Part shown: one piece after another, positions 37,925 to 47,947 of the stretch
How positions within the stretch are numbered: the first letter of the stretch is position 1
Layout: every line of letters begins with the position of its first letter
Source of the DNA: a virus
Taxonomy: Duplodnaviria; Caudoviricetes
Virus record (IMG/VR): IMGVR_UViG_3300043177_000122
Span: 294,994-358,993 of that record
DNA: 64,000 bases
Strand: one strand, 5' to 3'
Position numbers and translations under genes: made by a program
The notes under the pieces: generated by a model
Seen by the model: the letters and a program-made list of their open reading frames with translations, nothing else
What the model was told of the DNA's origin: nothing
The model's database searches: none

Positions 37925-38416
37925 ATGAATAAAGATAGCAATCAAACTGCCAAGTTATTTCAACCACAAGGTAGAGTTAAAGTAATTCAGGGAAGTATTG
38001 TTTCCCCGCAAAATGCTGGCCTCAGATTTGTGTTAAATGTAGCTAACATGGGTGGTAAAGCAGAGGGACCAATGTATTCTCTATTTGAGAAGAAATGGCC
38101 TACCGTAAAGAGAGAGGTTCGTGGTTGGTATACTACTCGTGATGGTAAGTATAAGCTAGGTGCCATTCATACTCTTGCAGTCCAAAGTGATACCTGGGTA
38201 GTTAGTTTACTATGCCAAGACGATCAGCTTTCTACTAATGATGATGCACTTCGTACTTGTTTAAAAGAAGTATGTAAATCAGCTAAGTATGAGAAGGCTA
38301 CCGTTCATGTCTCAACTCAATTAACTGATGCGCTACCTGCTTTGCAGGATATGCTTACCGAAGAGCTGGTAAACCAGGGTGTGTCTGTAAACTTCTACGA
38401 AGAACCAACTACTTAA
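37925..38416 (+). CDS. Macro-domain-like protein (degenerate)
   Basis: RVKVIQGSIV, VLNVAN.GG..EG, ALRTCLKEV; lacks the usual G-rich phosphate loop. Start refined to ATG 37925. Confidence 0.55.
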   Translation: MNKDSNQTAKLFQPQGRVKVIQGSIVSPQNAGLRFVLNVANMGGKAEGPMYSLFEKKWPTVKREVRGWYTTRDGKYKLGAIHTLAVQSDTWVVSLLCQDDQLSTNDDALRTCLKEVCKSAKYEKATVHVSTQLTDALPALQDMLTEELVNQGVSVNFYEEPTT

Positions 38417-38884
38417 GTGATCTTCATCAATTTAGCTCTACCTCATGATCGTGATTTGCTTGATGATGAGGAAGATGACGCCATAATTTCACATTATGGA
38501 ATGACGAAACTCAAACCGGGAGACCGAGTTGATTGTCGTGTGAAGGCGTCCACCATAGTCAGCCCTTACAAAAGCTATGATGAGATTAAGACCTTCGAGG
38601 TTGTTGCAGTTGATAATCATGGGGTCTATTTGTATGTTCCCCACTATTATGGATTGAAGGGGACTTTTATTGCTGATAAACAGCAATGTAAAACTCTCGG
38701 TATCGATAGAAAATTTCTCAACGAAGAGGTCATTTATATACAGGGTAACATGGTCGCAGCCATTCATGAATCTATAGATGGATTAACCTGTAAGATATGT
38801 AAAGATTTTTATCGGTATGCTGCGCCTAACCAGCCAGATGATACCCTTATATGTTACTCTTGTCGTCGGAACCCCTACAGGTGA
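38417..38884 (+). CDS. Hypothetical protein with C-terminal CxxC...CxxC
   Basis: CKIC and CYSC; start uncertain. Confidence 0.6.
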   Translation: MIFINLALPHDRDLLDDEEDDAIISHYGMTKLKPGDRVDCRVKASTIVSPYKSYDEIKTFEVVAVDNHGVYLYVPHYYGLKGTFIADKQQCKTLGIDRKFLNEEVIYIQGNMVAAIHESIDGLTCKICKDFYRYAAPNQPDDTLICYSCRRNPYR

Positions 38885-38933
38885 TACTTTTGGATATGTT
38901 TGATTGTTTCTATGCATAACGATAAATAATTGT

Positions 38934-39521
38934 ATGCAAGAAGAACTGGTTAATCAAAAATTTGGAAGACTTACTATCGTTAGCTTGGCCAATTTCAATA
39001 AGTTTCATCAGCGAAGAGTGTTATGTGTTTGCGAATGTGGCAGCAAAAAAGTTGTACTACTTAACAAACTTAAAACGGGACAGACAAATAGTTGCGGATG
39101 TTTGCGTTCAGAAAATGCCAGCAAACAACTTACTGGAGCATCTAATAAAAACCCCAAGATAAAAGGTAAATCAGAACCTAGAATAGCTACTGCAAAAATT
39201 GTATATCGTAGATACTCTGATGGTAACTTATCTTTTGATGATTTTTTATCTCTTAGTCAAAAAGAATGCTTCTATTGTGGCGCCCCGCCCTCAAATAAAA
39301 CTAACTACTATATTACCAAAGAAAGTAAATACTCGAAGGAACGTCAAGCACTTGGTTACTTCATCTATAATGGGCTAGATAGAATAAATAGTGAACTACC
39401 TCATGACATAGATAATGTGGTTCCCTCTTGTATTTACTGTAATAAGGCTAAACTCGACAGAACTCAAGAAGATTTTTTCGCATGGGTAGCTAAAGTTCAT
39501 GATCTACATCCATATCGATAA
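38934..39521 (+). CDS. HNH-type homing endonuclease, paralog of 23169..23801
   Basis: QKFGRLTI, CVCECG, NSCGC, CFYCG, NGLDRIN, NVVPSCIYCN. Start refined to ATG 38934. Confidence 0.8.
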   Translation: MQEELVNQKFGRLTIVSLANFNKFHQRRVLCVCECGSKKVVLLNKLKTGQTNSCGCLRSENASKQLTGASNKNPKIKGKSEPRIATAKIVYRRYSDGNLSFDDFLSLSQKECFYCGAPPSNKTNYYITKESKYSKERQALGYFIYNGLDRINSELPHDIDNVVPSCIYCNKAKLDRTQEDFFAWVAKVHDLHPYR

Positions 39522-39535
39522 CGAAGTATTAAGGT

Positions 39536-40327
39536 ATGGCAGATTCATCTGAAGGCTTTTTTCAGGGCTTGCTAAACCAATTAAAATCCCTGATTAGCCG
39601 TATAAATACTCCGAGCCCTCCAGTGGCTGGTACTACAACGACACCGGCAAGTCAATTTATAGGGTCGCCTAGTGGCTGGACAGCCCCAATTCATGGGTCG
39701 TGGCATAACCTGGGTGGATTTGATCCGGCCATGAAGAGATTTGATGATGATCCCAAGGCCGCCAAAGGTCGAGGTCATTTGGGTGTTGATATGGGAGCGC
39801 CTGCTGGAACCCCAGTGTACGCTATTGCTGCTGGCACAGTTGATACAGTAGATACCGATGGAAGAGGCGGTAACATTGTAGGTGTCATGCACCCTGATGG
39901 CCATTGGTCTTATTATGCTCATCTTTCTACTGCTAATGTACAGAAGGGAGATAAAGTAGATTCAAATTCTATTATTGGAACTGTAGGCAATACTGGTAAC
40001 CCAGGTGATCCTAAAAATCCTCTTGTTACTACGGAAGCCGGCAGAACTTGGCCTCATTTACATTTTGGTATTAAAGACCATGGATCTTATGTTGATCCTG
40101 CTAAATTTTTTAGCATACCAAAATACGATCCAGTCTATGCTAAAAATCCTGGTAGGTTTCATAAATTTTGGCTTTCTGAAGACGCAAAACGAGCTGCGCA
40201 AACATTCAATATGAAGCAACATAAAGCTAAACAAAGAGTTGCATTTTCAAAAGATGTAGACACCATTTTGAAAGTATCTTTTGAATATTACAAATTTGCA
40301 AAGAAAATTAACGATCAACCCAAGTAA
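39536..40327 (+). CDS. M23-family metallopeptidase
   Basis: HLGVDMG, YYAHL, G.VGNTG, PHLHF. Confidence 0.9.
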   Translation: MADSSEGFFQGLLNQLKSLISRINTPSPPVAGTTTTPASQFIGSPSGWTAPIHGSWHNLGGFDPAMKRFDDDPKAAKGRGHLGVDMGAPAGTPVYAIAAGTVDTVDTDGRGGNIVGVMHPDGHWSYYAHLSTANVQKGDKVDSNSIIGTVGNTGNPGDPKNPLVTTEAGRTWPHLHFGIKDHGSYVDPAKFFSIPKYDPVYAKNPGRFHKFWLSEDAKRAAQTFNMKQHKAKQRVAFSKDVDTILKVSFEYYKFAKKINDQPK

Positions 40328-40631
40328 GTACCACTTCAATATTAGAAAGTAAATTTCCACTTGGTGGACTCAAATTAATTGAGTTGGTAGAATACCATAC
40401 TTCATACTGGCCAGTTGTAGTATTATATCCTTGTAATTTGTAGTAGGTATTAAATCCAGTAGTCACCAAGGCAGTGGAATTAAGTCCTTCAATTTGTGTA
40501 CTAGAGTTGTAAGTAATAGTGAAAAATATCTCATTAAAATCCTGAGTTCCATGGCTACCAGAATATTGACCACGATAATTAAGGAATTCATTGAAATTAA
40601 ATAGGTTATTTTGATCGCTAACTAATGCCAT
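40308..40631 (-). CDS. Small virion-associated protein with YYK module
   Basis: MALVSDQ start 1 nt after the upstream stop; YYKLQGYN...PPSGN...W. Confidence 0.7.
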   Translation of the reverse strand: MALVSDQNNLFNFNEFLNYRGQYSGSHGTQDFNEIFFTITYNSSTQIEGLNSTALVTTGFNTYYKLQGYNTTTGQYEVWYSTNSINLSPPSGNLLSNIEVVLTWVDR

Positions 40632-40632
40632 G

Positions 40633-43182
40633 TTATGGTACCAATCCACCAGCTCCATTCCAAGCTAGATAAATTCCGTTTTGTAAATGTATCCAACGAG
40701 CAGTTCCATTTACTGTACCACCACTTGTATATGCTCCATTGCCCGTCGTACCATTTAATGTAAAGTGAGTGCTATCTACTACTGTGATCACAAAAGTTCC
40801 ATTAGCTGCTGTGTTTCCATTAACGCCAGAAATTACAACCGTCTGACCTGTTGTTAAACTATTAGCAGCAGACGTAGTAATCTGTATTGGTGATGTATTG
40901 CTTGCTTCAGTTACAGTAAGTGAAGCGGTATTCTCTGTGCTTTGTATAAATGCGCCAAAATTAGTTCTACCCTGTCTGATAAACGGAGCAGTGCCAAGTA
41001 ATCTTTGATTGAGACCATATACGGTATTGCCGGTAGCGGGAAATGGCAAATTAAGACCAGGATCCGTTGCTACGCCTCCCCATAATTCCCAAGGTAACAC
41101 CTCAGTAGTGGTAGTAAATGGGCAGTCTCCTGCGTTGGCTGCGTATACAGGAGAAGTTCCTGAAATACCATCAGCGTTAGCCCACCCAGCTAGACCGCAC
41201 ATTTCTGGTACGAAATCTCTGTATGTAAATCCTACATTGAAGTTTATTCCCCATCTTGCTTGAATAGTTCCATAATCTCCCTGGTTATTGCCACCATATA
41301 TAAACGGCCTATTTGAGTTTGCTGGAAGTGGAGTTGGTTCATTATCTGGTAGTCCAAATGTTACAAATCCATTGCTGCCGCCGCCTTGTGGTCTTGCATA
41401 TAGGAAAATGGCGCGGCCAGTATCATCGCCAACTATAGTAATACGTGGTGCAAATGAAGGATTAACAGATCCAATAATTGTATTTGAATATGGATTTCCT
41501 AGAGGAATATTGCTGTCTAAATATTGTGCTATGTGGGTGGTGACTCCGCCAACAGGAAAGTCACCAAAGATACTTCCGCCATAACCTATACTCATCGAGG
41601 CATAATTAGGAGAGCCGGAGATATTCCAAGGCTCACCAGCAATTCTAACCTGCCATCCACTTGAATGCGGGCTCTGAAGTATTATTCTACTGTTAGGTGA
41701 CACATCATCACCTCCAGTATAACCAACACGACTTACAGTCCCTCCACTTGTATAGTTCCCGTTACCAGAAGATCCATTAAGAGTAAATATGCCAGCTCCA
41801 ACCCTAGTAATAGTCCAGGTACCGTTGGCCGCAGTATTACCATTAACTCCAGATATTGTTACTCGTTGTCCAGTATCGTAGTACGAAACAGCACTAAGAT
41901 TTATTGTAATTTGAATGGGTGTTGTGTTTGTTGCGGTATTTATTGAGGTGCTAGTTACTTGATTATTATTTGGTAATAACAAATGTTCTGATATACGAGT
42001 TTCTGTTTCATACAGCCACCAATCCATAGTCTCAGGTGGTGGGGTGTCAGTTGATCTATAATCTATAGTATAAGAATTGGTAGCAGTATTTGTGGCCGTT
42101 ATCTTGAACAATCCACTATTTTTTGTGGGATATTTGCTACTTTTAAGAACTAATATTCTGCCAGTATCACCGGCTGATGGGGCTGCTCCATTTACTACTG
42201 TTCTAACAGTAGTTGGAACTTGTACTGCGTAAACAGAGGGCGCTCCGCCAAAATTAATACTAGCTCCAGTGCCGCCTGCTACGGTTCCAGAAGCAATTAA
42301 TAATCCTTGAGGTAATATTGATGCGGTATTTGCCACAAATGTTGCTGCTACAGTCCAAAGTACTCTTAGTTGGTTTGAACTAACAACTTCTACTTTATAC
42401 GGACCAAAATTTCCAAGGCTAGAGTTATTAAAACCATAAAAACTATTTGATAGATTATTGTTTATAGTAAGATACTCGCCAGTATTCATTCCATGTGGAA
42501 ACTGTGTTGTGATAACCAGAGGATTACCAGAAGCGGTAGAAATTCTATTTGGACCACAAGCTACTCCGCCAATTCCTGCTGATGAAACACTATTACCAGT
42601 AGACATAGTTCCCGTACCGCCAGAACATCCAGTAAAGGTAGTGGCGGTGGTGCCCGTATATGTAACTGTTTGCACTCCAGCAGATGTAACAACGTAAATA
42701 GTTCCAGATGTAGGAAATCCAGTAGTGGAAGCTACGTTAATTGTTGCTGTTGGAAGAGCGACACCATTAGAAGCGGCAGCAATGGTGGTGGTGAACCCCG
42801 AGGACATAGTGCCGGTTCCACCTGTACAATTAGTAAAGGTAGTAGCAGTAGTTCCTGAGTATTTAACTAATTGAACGCCATCGCTAGTTGTGACATATAT
42901 AAGTCCAGAGGCTGGAAATCCAGTGGTAGAAACAACATTGATTGTTGCTTGAGGTAGAGATTGCCCATTAGAAGCGGCAGCGATTGCTGTGTTTTGAGAA
43001 AATGTAAAAGATAAGTTATTTGTATTGTTTAAATCAAATCCTGTATGCCCTACAATAGAGTACCCTAGCACTTTATTTAAAAATACTGCGGTGCTGAATA
43101 GATATGAAACATGTTGAAAGGAAGATGCCGTTGTGTATCCGCTAGTAACGGGAGTAAAATCTCGTAGTATATGAACTGCCAT
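40633..43182 (-). CDS. Modular virion protein, scaffold family A (849 aa): 2 TIAA-type and 3 NPI-type inserted modules
   Basis: MAVHILRDF; shared core motifs RIILQSPH..GWQVR, GRTNFG, HLQNG..W. Confidence 0.75.
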   Translation of the reverse strand: MAVHILRDFTPVTSGYTTASSFQHVSYLFSTAVFLNKVLGYSIVGHTGFDLNNTNNLSFTFSQNTAIAAASNGQSLPQATINVVSTTGFPASGLIYVTTSDGVQLVKYSGTTATTFTNCTGGTGTMSSGFTTTIAAASNGVALPTATINVASTTGFPTSGTIYVVTSAGVQTVTYTGTTATTFTGCSGGTGTMSTGNSVSSAGIGGVACGPNRISTASGNPLVITTQFPHGMNTGEYLTINNNLSNSFYGFNNSSLGNFGPYKVEVVSSNQLRVLWTVAATFVANTASILPQGLLIASGTVAGGTGASINFGGAPSVYAVQVPTTVRTVVNGAAPSAGDTGRILVLKSSKYPTKNSGLFKITATNTATNSYTIDYRSTDTPPPETMDWWLYETETRISEHLLLPNNNQVTSTSINTATNTTPIQITINLSAVSYYDTGQRVTISGVNGNTAANGTWTITRVGAGIFTLNGSSGNGNYTSGGTVSRVGYTGGDDVSPNSRIILQSPHSSGWQVRIAGEPWNISGSPNYASMSIGYGGSIFGDFPVGGVTTHIAQYLDSNIPLGNPYSNTIIGSVNPSFAPRITIVGDDTGRAIFLYARPQGGGSNGFVTFGLPDNEPTPLPANSNRPFIYGGNNQGDYGTIQARWGINFNVGFTYRDFVPEMCGLAGWANADGISGTSPVYAANAGDCPFTTTTEVLPWELWGGVATDPGLNLPFPATGNTVYGLNQRLLGTAPFIRQGRTNFGAFIQSTENTASLTVTEASNTSPIQITTSAANSLTTGQTVVISGVNGNTAANGTFVITVVDSTHFTLNGTTGNGAYTSGGTVNGTARWIHLQNGIYLAWNGAGGLVP

Positions 43183-43184
43183 TT

Positions 43185-45131
43185 TTAAGCTCCACTCGCA
43201 AGAAAGTTATACGGTAGTATAGCGCCATCCCATGGAAGACATATACCATTAACTAAATGAATAAACTCTCCACGATCGCCAATCAGAAAGAATGGTGGTA
43301 ATCCTCCAAATGTTACTCTATGTGGTCTCATTCTTGCTCTGGCAAAAGAAAATTGACCGGCAGCAGATGAAACTGCCATTAGAGTTTCTCCAGTTATTAC
43401 TTTTGCGATTTTATTTTGATATCCTAATTGTGTATTTAAATTAAAACCCACAGTATATGTTGGACCAATGGTAGCGTTAGCAGTATCACCAACAAGGTTT
43501 CTACTAATTAATTGATGAGATCTGGTTGTTCCATCAAACCCAACCATACCAAATGAAGTACAAAAAGAATCTGTGCCAGTACTATTATTCAAAGTATTCC
43601 CACCAGCTAATATAGCAATTAAATTTGGGTCTTGTGTTTGTGTGTATAGTCTAGCTGGCGTAGTTATCATAAAATAAAGACCAGTTGTATTGCCGCCATT
43701 TGTGGGAGATTTAACATGTCCGAAAAAGAAATCCGTGTCAGCAATGAAAGACACAAATCCCGAAACGGCTGATGTGGTTCCAGTAAAATTAGTTGCTGAA
43801 ATTCTTTCAGACATAGTGGTATTACTACCGCTCCCGGAAAATGATGTGCCATTCCAGCTACCATTTGGAGATCCTATGTATCCCATTTGACCAAATGCGT
43901 TGGCAGATCCTCTTAATAGCATCTGAAATTGACTTACAGCAGCGCCCGGATTTATGTTAGGGGCGCCTGTAAAATTACCAATAAAATAGTTACCGTTACC
44001 TATACTTAATTGAGACGCGGCAATCACATCAAGAACTCGATAGCTGAGCGATGCTCTTGCGGTCAAATTATTCTTCAATGAAGAAATGTCAGTCGTACCA
44101 CCACTAAATGGTACAATTTTTATCTGGGTATTTGATGGTACTGCAACTATTCTGTAGATTGAATCATCTGTGCTTGGAGGATTAACTGATACAGATCCAT
44201 TAGGTTGCATTAATCCAGTGCCTCCCGAACATCCAACAAATGTTTGTCCAGTTACAGCATTACCAGTTGTCATAGTCCCAGTACCACCTGAACATCCTGT
44301 AAAGGTTGTTGCTGTTACTCCTGTGTAAGTAACGACTTGTGGCACATTGTTAGAAGTTACTACATTGATTACCCCAGAGGTTGGAAATCCAGTTGTGCTA
44401 GCGACATTGATTGTGGCTTGCGGTAAGACTTGACCGTTTGAACCCGCAGCGATTGTAGTACTAAGTATACCAGTGTAATTTACTGTTTGTAAGCCGGTGC
44501 TACTTTGAACGAAAACAGAGCCGCTGGCTGGAAATCCAATAGTAGATTGAACATTTAAAGTAGATTGTGGTAAAGTGAAACCGGCAGATCCTGGCGCAAT
44601 ACCGCTTCTGGCCCCCGCCAACCAAACAACTATATGCTTACCAATCATAGATTGAGAAAATGGTTGAGAAGATGCCGCTGTAAATGTATCTCCTAATGCA
44701 GATGTTACTCCATCATTACCTACAGCAAGCACGGATGAACCTTCAAAAAATCCACTAGGAGAAGAAGTTGGTGAAATTGGAATACCACCGGGAATAGTAA
44801 CTTGGCCACCAGTAGTGTAATTTGCATTACCCACCGCTCCATTTAAAGCAAATTGCGTAGAATTAACTACAGTAACATTAAATCCACCATTTGCTGAAGT
44901 ATTACCTTGAACCCCATAAACTCCAACTAGTTGGTTATTTGATAGTCCGTGCGGAGTAGATGTAGTTATAACAATTGGATTTGTATTGGAAGCGGCAGTA
45001 ACAGTTAAAATACTAGGGGCACCGTTTACGCAATACGCCCAAAAATTGTAGGCAAGGTTTAAAAAGATAGGGATATCCCTACCATTTGTACCTGTTGTAT
45101 ATTGTAGCCCTCTCAGAAATTTAATGGCCAT
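43185..45131 (-). CDS. Modular virion protein, scaffold family B (648 aa)
   Basis: MAIKFLRGL, FWAYCVNG, one NPI module, one nested TIAA pair. Confidence 0.75.
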   Translation of the reverse strand: MAIKFLRGLQYTTGTNGRDIPIFLNLAYNFWAYCVNGAPSILTVTAASNTNPIVITTSTPHGLSNNQLVGVYGVQGNTSANGGFNVTVVNSTQFALNGAVGNANYTTGGQVTIPGGIPISPTSSPSGFFEGSSVLAVGNDGVTSALGDTFTAASSQPFSQSMIGKHIVVWLAGARSGIAPGSAGFTLPQSTLNVQSTIGFPASGSVFVQSSTGLQTVNYTGILSTTIAAGSNGQVLPQATINVASTTGFPTSGVINVVTSNNVPQVVTYTGVTATTFTGCSGGTGTMTTGNAVTGQTFVGCSGGTGLMQPNGSVSVNPPSTDDSIYRIVAVPSNTQIKIVPFSGGTTDISSLKNNLTARASLSYRVLDVIAASQLSIGNGNYFIGNFTGAPNINPGAAVSQFQMLLRGSANAFGQMGYIGSPNGSWNGTSFSGSGSNTTMSERISATNFTGTTSAVSGFVSFIADTDFFFGHVKSPTNGGNTTGLYFMITTPARLYTQTQDPNLIAILAGGNTLNNSTGTDSFCTSFGMVGFDGTTRSHQLISRNLVGDTANATIGPTYTVGFNLNTQLGYQNKIAKVITGETLMAVSSAAGQFSFARARMRPHRVTFGGLPPFFLIGDRGEFIHLVNGICLPWDGAILPYNFLASGA

Positions 45132-45138
45132 AGTTACC

Positions 45139-47412
45139 TTAAACTAATATTGGTGGTCCGCCCCAAAACATAAACATTCCTCGTCTAATATGCATAAATG
45201 CGCGAGAAGTATCATGAGTTAATGTATATTCTCCGAAATTAGCTCTTCCTTCTCTTATATGCGGGATAGTTCCTATAAATCTCGGTTCTTGTACTGGAAA
45301 AGATGTACCGCTCCAGCCAGTAAAAGTTCCAGCAATCACATCTACTGGGAATAATTCTGTACCGCCTAACCAAGGATTATCTCCAGCGCTGCCGTCAAAA
45401 ATAGGGCTACCGGTTTGTCCAACTCCACTAACGTATGTTATTAGTGATACTGCTGCTGATACCGGAATTGGAGTAGTAGTAGATTTAGTTTCTTGCATAT
45501 TTACTCCTTGAGCTAAATTACTAGCTCCTATGTTACCGGGATACCAGCTAGTGTCATTTAAAAAGTCTCCATTTGAACTGCCCGAGCCGCTGCCAATTGT
45601 AAATAGCCTAGCTTCATTATTACTTGGTAATGGTAAAGGTTCTACTTCTGGTATTCCAAACGTAACCAGAAAAGATTTAGGAGTAGTACCATTACTTGGT
45701 CTACGCCCAATCATGGTCACACCAAGACCATAACCATCGTCTCCAATTATAGTATGTCTATAAGTAGTATTAAGTGTTTGAGGATCTCCGCATCCTATGG
45801 CTCCACCTGAATAAGTTCCACTATTGCTGTTGTAGTATAATGGAGTATGAAGATGCCTTCCGGCAACCAAAAAATCTCCTGCTGAATTACCATCAAATCC
45901 TGGTGACATTGTTATTGGTGGACAATTTGCCTGATCGGTATTTGTTTCATTACAAATTCTAATTTGCCATCCAGTGGTGTGTGGGCTTTGTAAAATTATT
46001 CTCGGTGTCGTGGAATCTCCATTCCCTCTATATTGACCTGCTGGATTCGTATTGTTAGCTCCATTTGTTGGAGCGTTAGCGTCGCTAGCATACAAGTACC
46101 AATTCATACTATCTGTTGGTTCAATAGGCGGTAAACTTGGTGAGAAAAATACTGCTCCACCGGTTGACATAGTGCCAGTTCCACCAGTACATCCTGTAAA
46201 GGTTGTCTCTGTTCTTCCAGTATAAGCTACTTGTTGAACACCAGCGCTAGTTGTTACGAACACATTTCCAGATGGAGAAAACCCGGCAAATACGCTGCCA
46301 CCAGTTGACATTAATCCGGTACCACCAGTACACCCAGTAAATGTAGTAGCGGTTGTGCCAGTATATGCAACAGTCTGAGTACCAGCATTAGTCGTTACGA
46401 AAATAATTCCAGTAGTTGGGAATCCTGTAGTTGAGTCTACGTTAATAGTACCTGTTGGTAACCTAACGTTATTAGATCCTGAGGCAATTGTAGTTGTGGC
46501 TGTTGTAGTAGACGCTACATTGATGGTAGTTTGTGGTAGAGTTTGTCCGTTGGATCCTGCTGCAATAGTTGTAGCAATACCAGCTACAATCGGAGATCCT
46601 CCTAATACGCTACCAGTACCACCCGTACAACCAGTGAACGTAGTTCCAGTTGTACCAGTATAGTTAACTGTTTGCCTTCCTGCTGGAGTACAGATAAAAA
46701 TAGTTCCGCTTGTAGCAAATCCAGATGTTGTACTAACATTAAGGGTACCTGTAGGCAATGCAATACTAGCAGTTACTGAATTATTAGTTGACATGGTTCC
46801 AGTGCCACCGGTGCACCCTGTAAAGGTGGAGCTAGTAGTTCCGGTGTAGTTAACCGTTTGTATTCCGGCATTTGTTGCAACTAAAATTGTGCCGGATGTT
46901 GGAAAACCTGAAGTAGAAGCAACGTTGATAGTACCAGTTGGTAGAGAAACGTTGTTAGAGGCAGCCGCAATAACGGTCGTACCACTCAGAAAAATGCTAG
47001 TTCTATATGCAATACGATATGAATTTGTTCCTGTATCATACCCATCAATTAAAAAACAGCCAGAATTATACGTAGGATTAGAGGTACTTCTTAAAACTAA
47101 TAATCTACCAACATCTACTTGACTAACTACTCTAGTGCCAGCGGGAATAGATACAAAAAATTCTAAACCTGAAGCCAGATTAATACCAGCTTTTGTTCCA
47201 CCAGCAAAAGAAGGTACCGCGGCCGTAGGAGTAGAATCTGCAGTGGCAACTAAAAGTGTGCCCACTGAATTTATATTGAAATTAGTATCTCCAACATATG
47301 TATATAGTAATACTCTTCGAAGAAATATCGCCATCAGATAAGATGGAATATAATTTCTAGCTGGAAACGATACATTTTGTATTAAATAGTCTCGTAATAA
47401 ATGTCTAGCCAT
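45139..47412 (-). CDS. Modular virion protein, scaffold family A (757 aa): 4 TIAA modules
   Basis: MARHLLRDY, VGRLLVLRS, RIILQSPH, GRANFG. Confidence 0.75.
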   Translation of the reverse strand: MARHLLRDYLIQNVSFPARNYIPSYLMAIFLRRVLLYTYVGDTNFNINSVGTLLVATADSTPTAAVPSFAGGTKAGINLASGLEFFVSIPAGTRVVSQVDVGRLLVLRSTSNPTYNSGCFLIDGYDTGTNSYRIAYRTSIFLSGTTVIAAASNNVSLPTGTINVASTSGFPTSGTILVATNAGIQTVNYTGTTSSTFTGCTGGTGTMSTNNSVTASIALPTGTLNVSTTSGFATSGTIFICTPAGRQTVNYTGTTGTTFTGCTGGTGSVLGGSPIVAGIATTIAAGSNGQTLPQTTINVASTTTATTTIASGSNNVRLPTGTINVDSTTGFPTTGIIFVTTNAGTQTVAYTGTTATTFTGCTGGTGLMSTGGSVFAGFSPSGNVFVTTSAGVQQVAYTGRTETTFTGCTGGTGTMSTGGAVFFSPSLPPIEPTDSMNWYLYASDANAPTNGANNTNPAGQYRGNGDSTTPRIILQSPHTTGWQIRICNETNTDQANCPPITMSPGFDGNSAGDFLVAGRHLHTPLYYNSNSGTYSGGAIGCGDPQTLNTTYRHTIIGDDGYGLGVTMIGRRPSNGTTPKSFLVTFGIPEVEPLPLPSNNEARLFTIGSGSGSSNGDFLNDTSWYPGNIGASNLAQGVNMQETKSTTTPIPVSAAVSLITYVSGVGQTGSPIFDGSAGDNPWLGGTELFPVDVIAGTFTGWSGTSFPVQEPRFIGTIPHIREGRANFGEYTLTHDTSRAFMHIRRGMFMFWGGPPILV
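46531..46572. repeat. 42 bp dispersed repeat, copy 1
   Basis: ttgtggtagagtttgtccgttggatcctgctgcaatagttgt; 41/42 identical to 51919-51960. Confidence 0.9.
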
Positions 47413-47419
47413 TTTTACC

Positions 47420-47947
47420 TTACTGTATCCATCTTCCTACTATTTTGATGTCTACTAATGGATTTCCAGAAGGAGGGGTGTAGAATATACCTAAATCTAC
47501 ATTTGGGGGATTTCCATTTGGGTCAAATAATACTGGCGACGGATTTTGGTTTGAATCAAACAATTCTGGACGAGGTACTATTTGTTCAGAAATGATCCAT
47601 GTTTCATATAAACTTGTATTTGGGTTATATCCGGACACCTTATAATATATCTTTTGATCTTTTGGATGCAACAGAATTGGATTATTATCCATTTGTTTTG
47701 ACTGAGTGCTATCAACCAAAACAGTGTTGTAGTTATTGTTAACGCCAAAATAATCTTGGTCTTTAGTAATATTACTAATACCTGTACTTACATCTATAGC
47801 GAGATAATTGTTTGCGATTCCAGCATAGAAAATTTCCACCTCTCCTTGACCATTTCCCAGATCTGTACCCATAAAATTGCTGGAACTACCAGAATAATTT
47901 TCGTTGGTTCCAAAATTAATTGCAGTAATATCTGCCGCATAACTCAT
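47420..47947 (-). CDS. Small virion-associated protein with YYK module (175 aa)
   Basis: MSYAADIT start overlapping the upstream TGA; YYKVSGYN...PPSGNPLVDIKIVGRW. Confidence 0.7.
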   Translation of the reverse strand: MSYAADITAINFGTNENYSGSSSNFMGTDLGNGQGEVEIFYAGIANNYLAIDVSTGISNITKDQDYFGVNNNYNTVLVDSTQSKQMDNNPILLHPKDQKIYYKVSGYNPNTSLYETWIISEQIVPRPELFDSNQNPSPVLFDPNGNPPNVDLGIFYTPPSGNPLVDIKIVGRWIQ

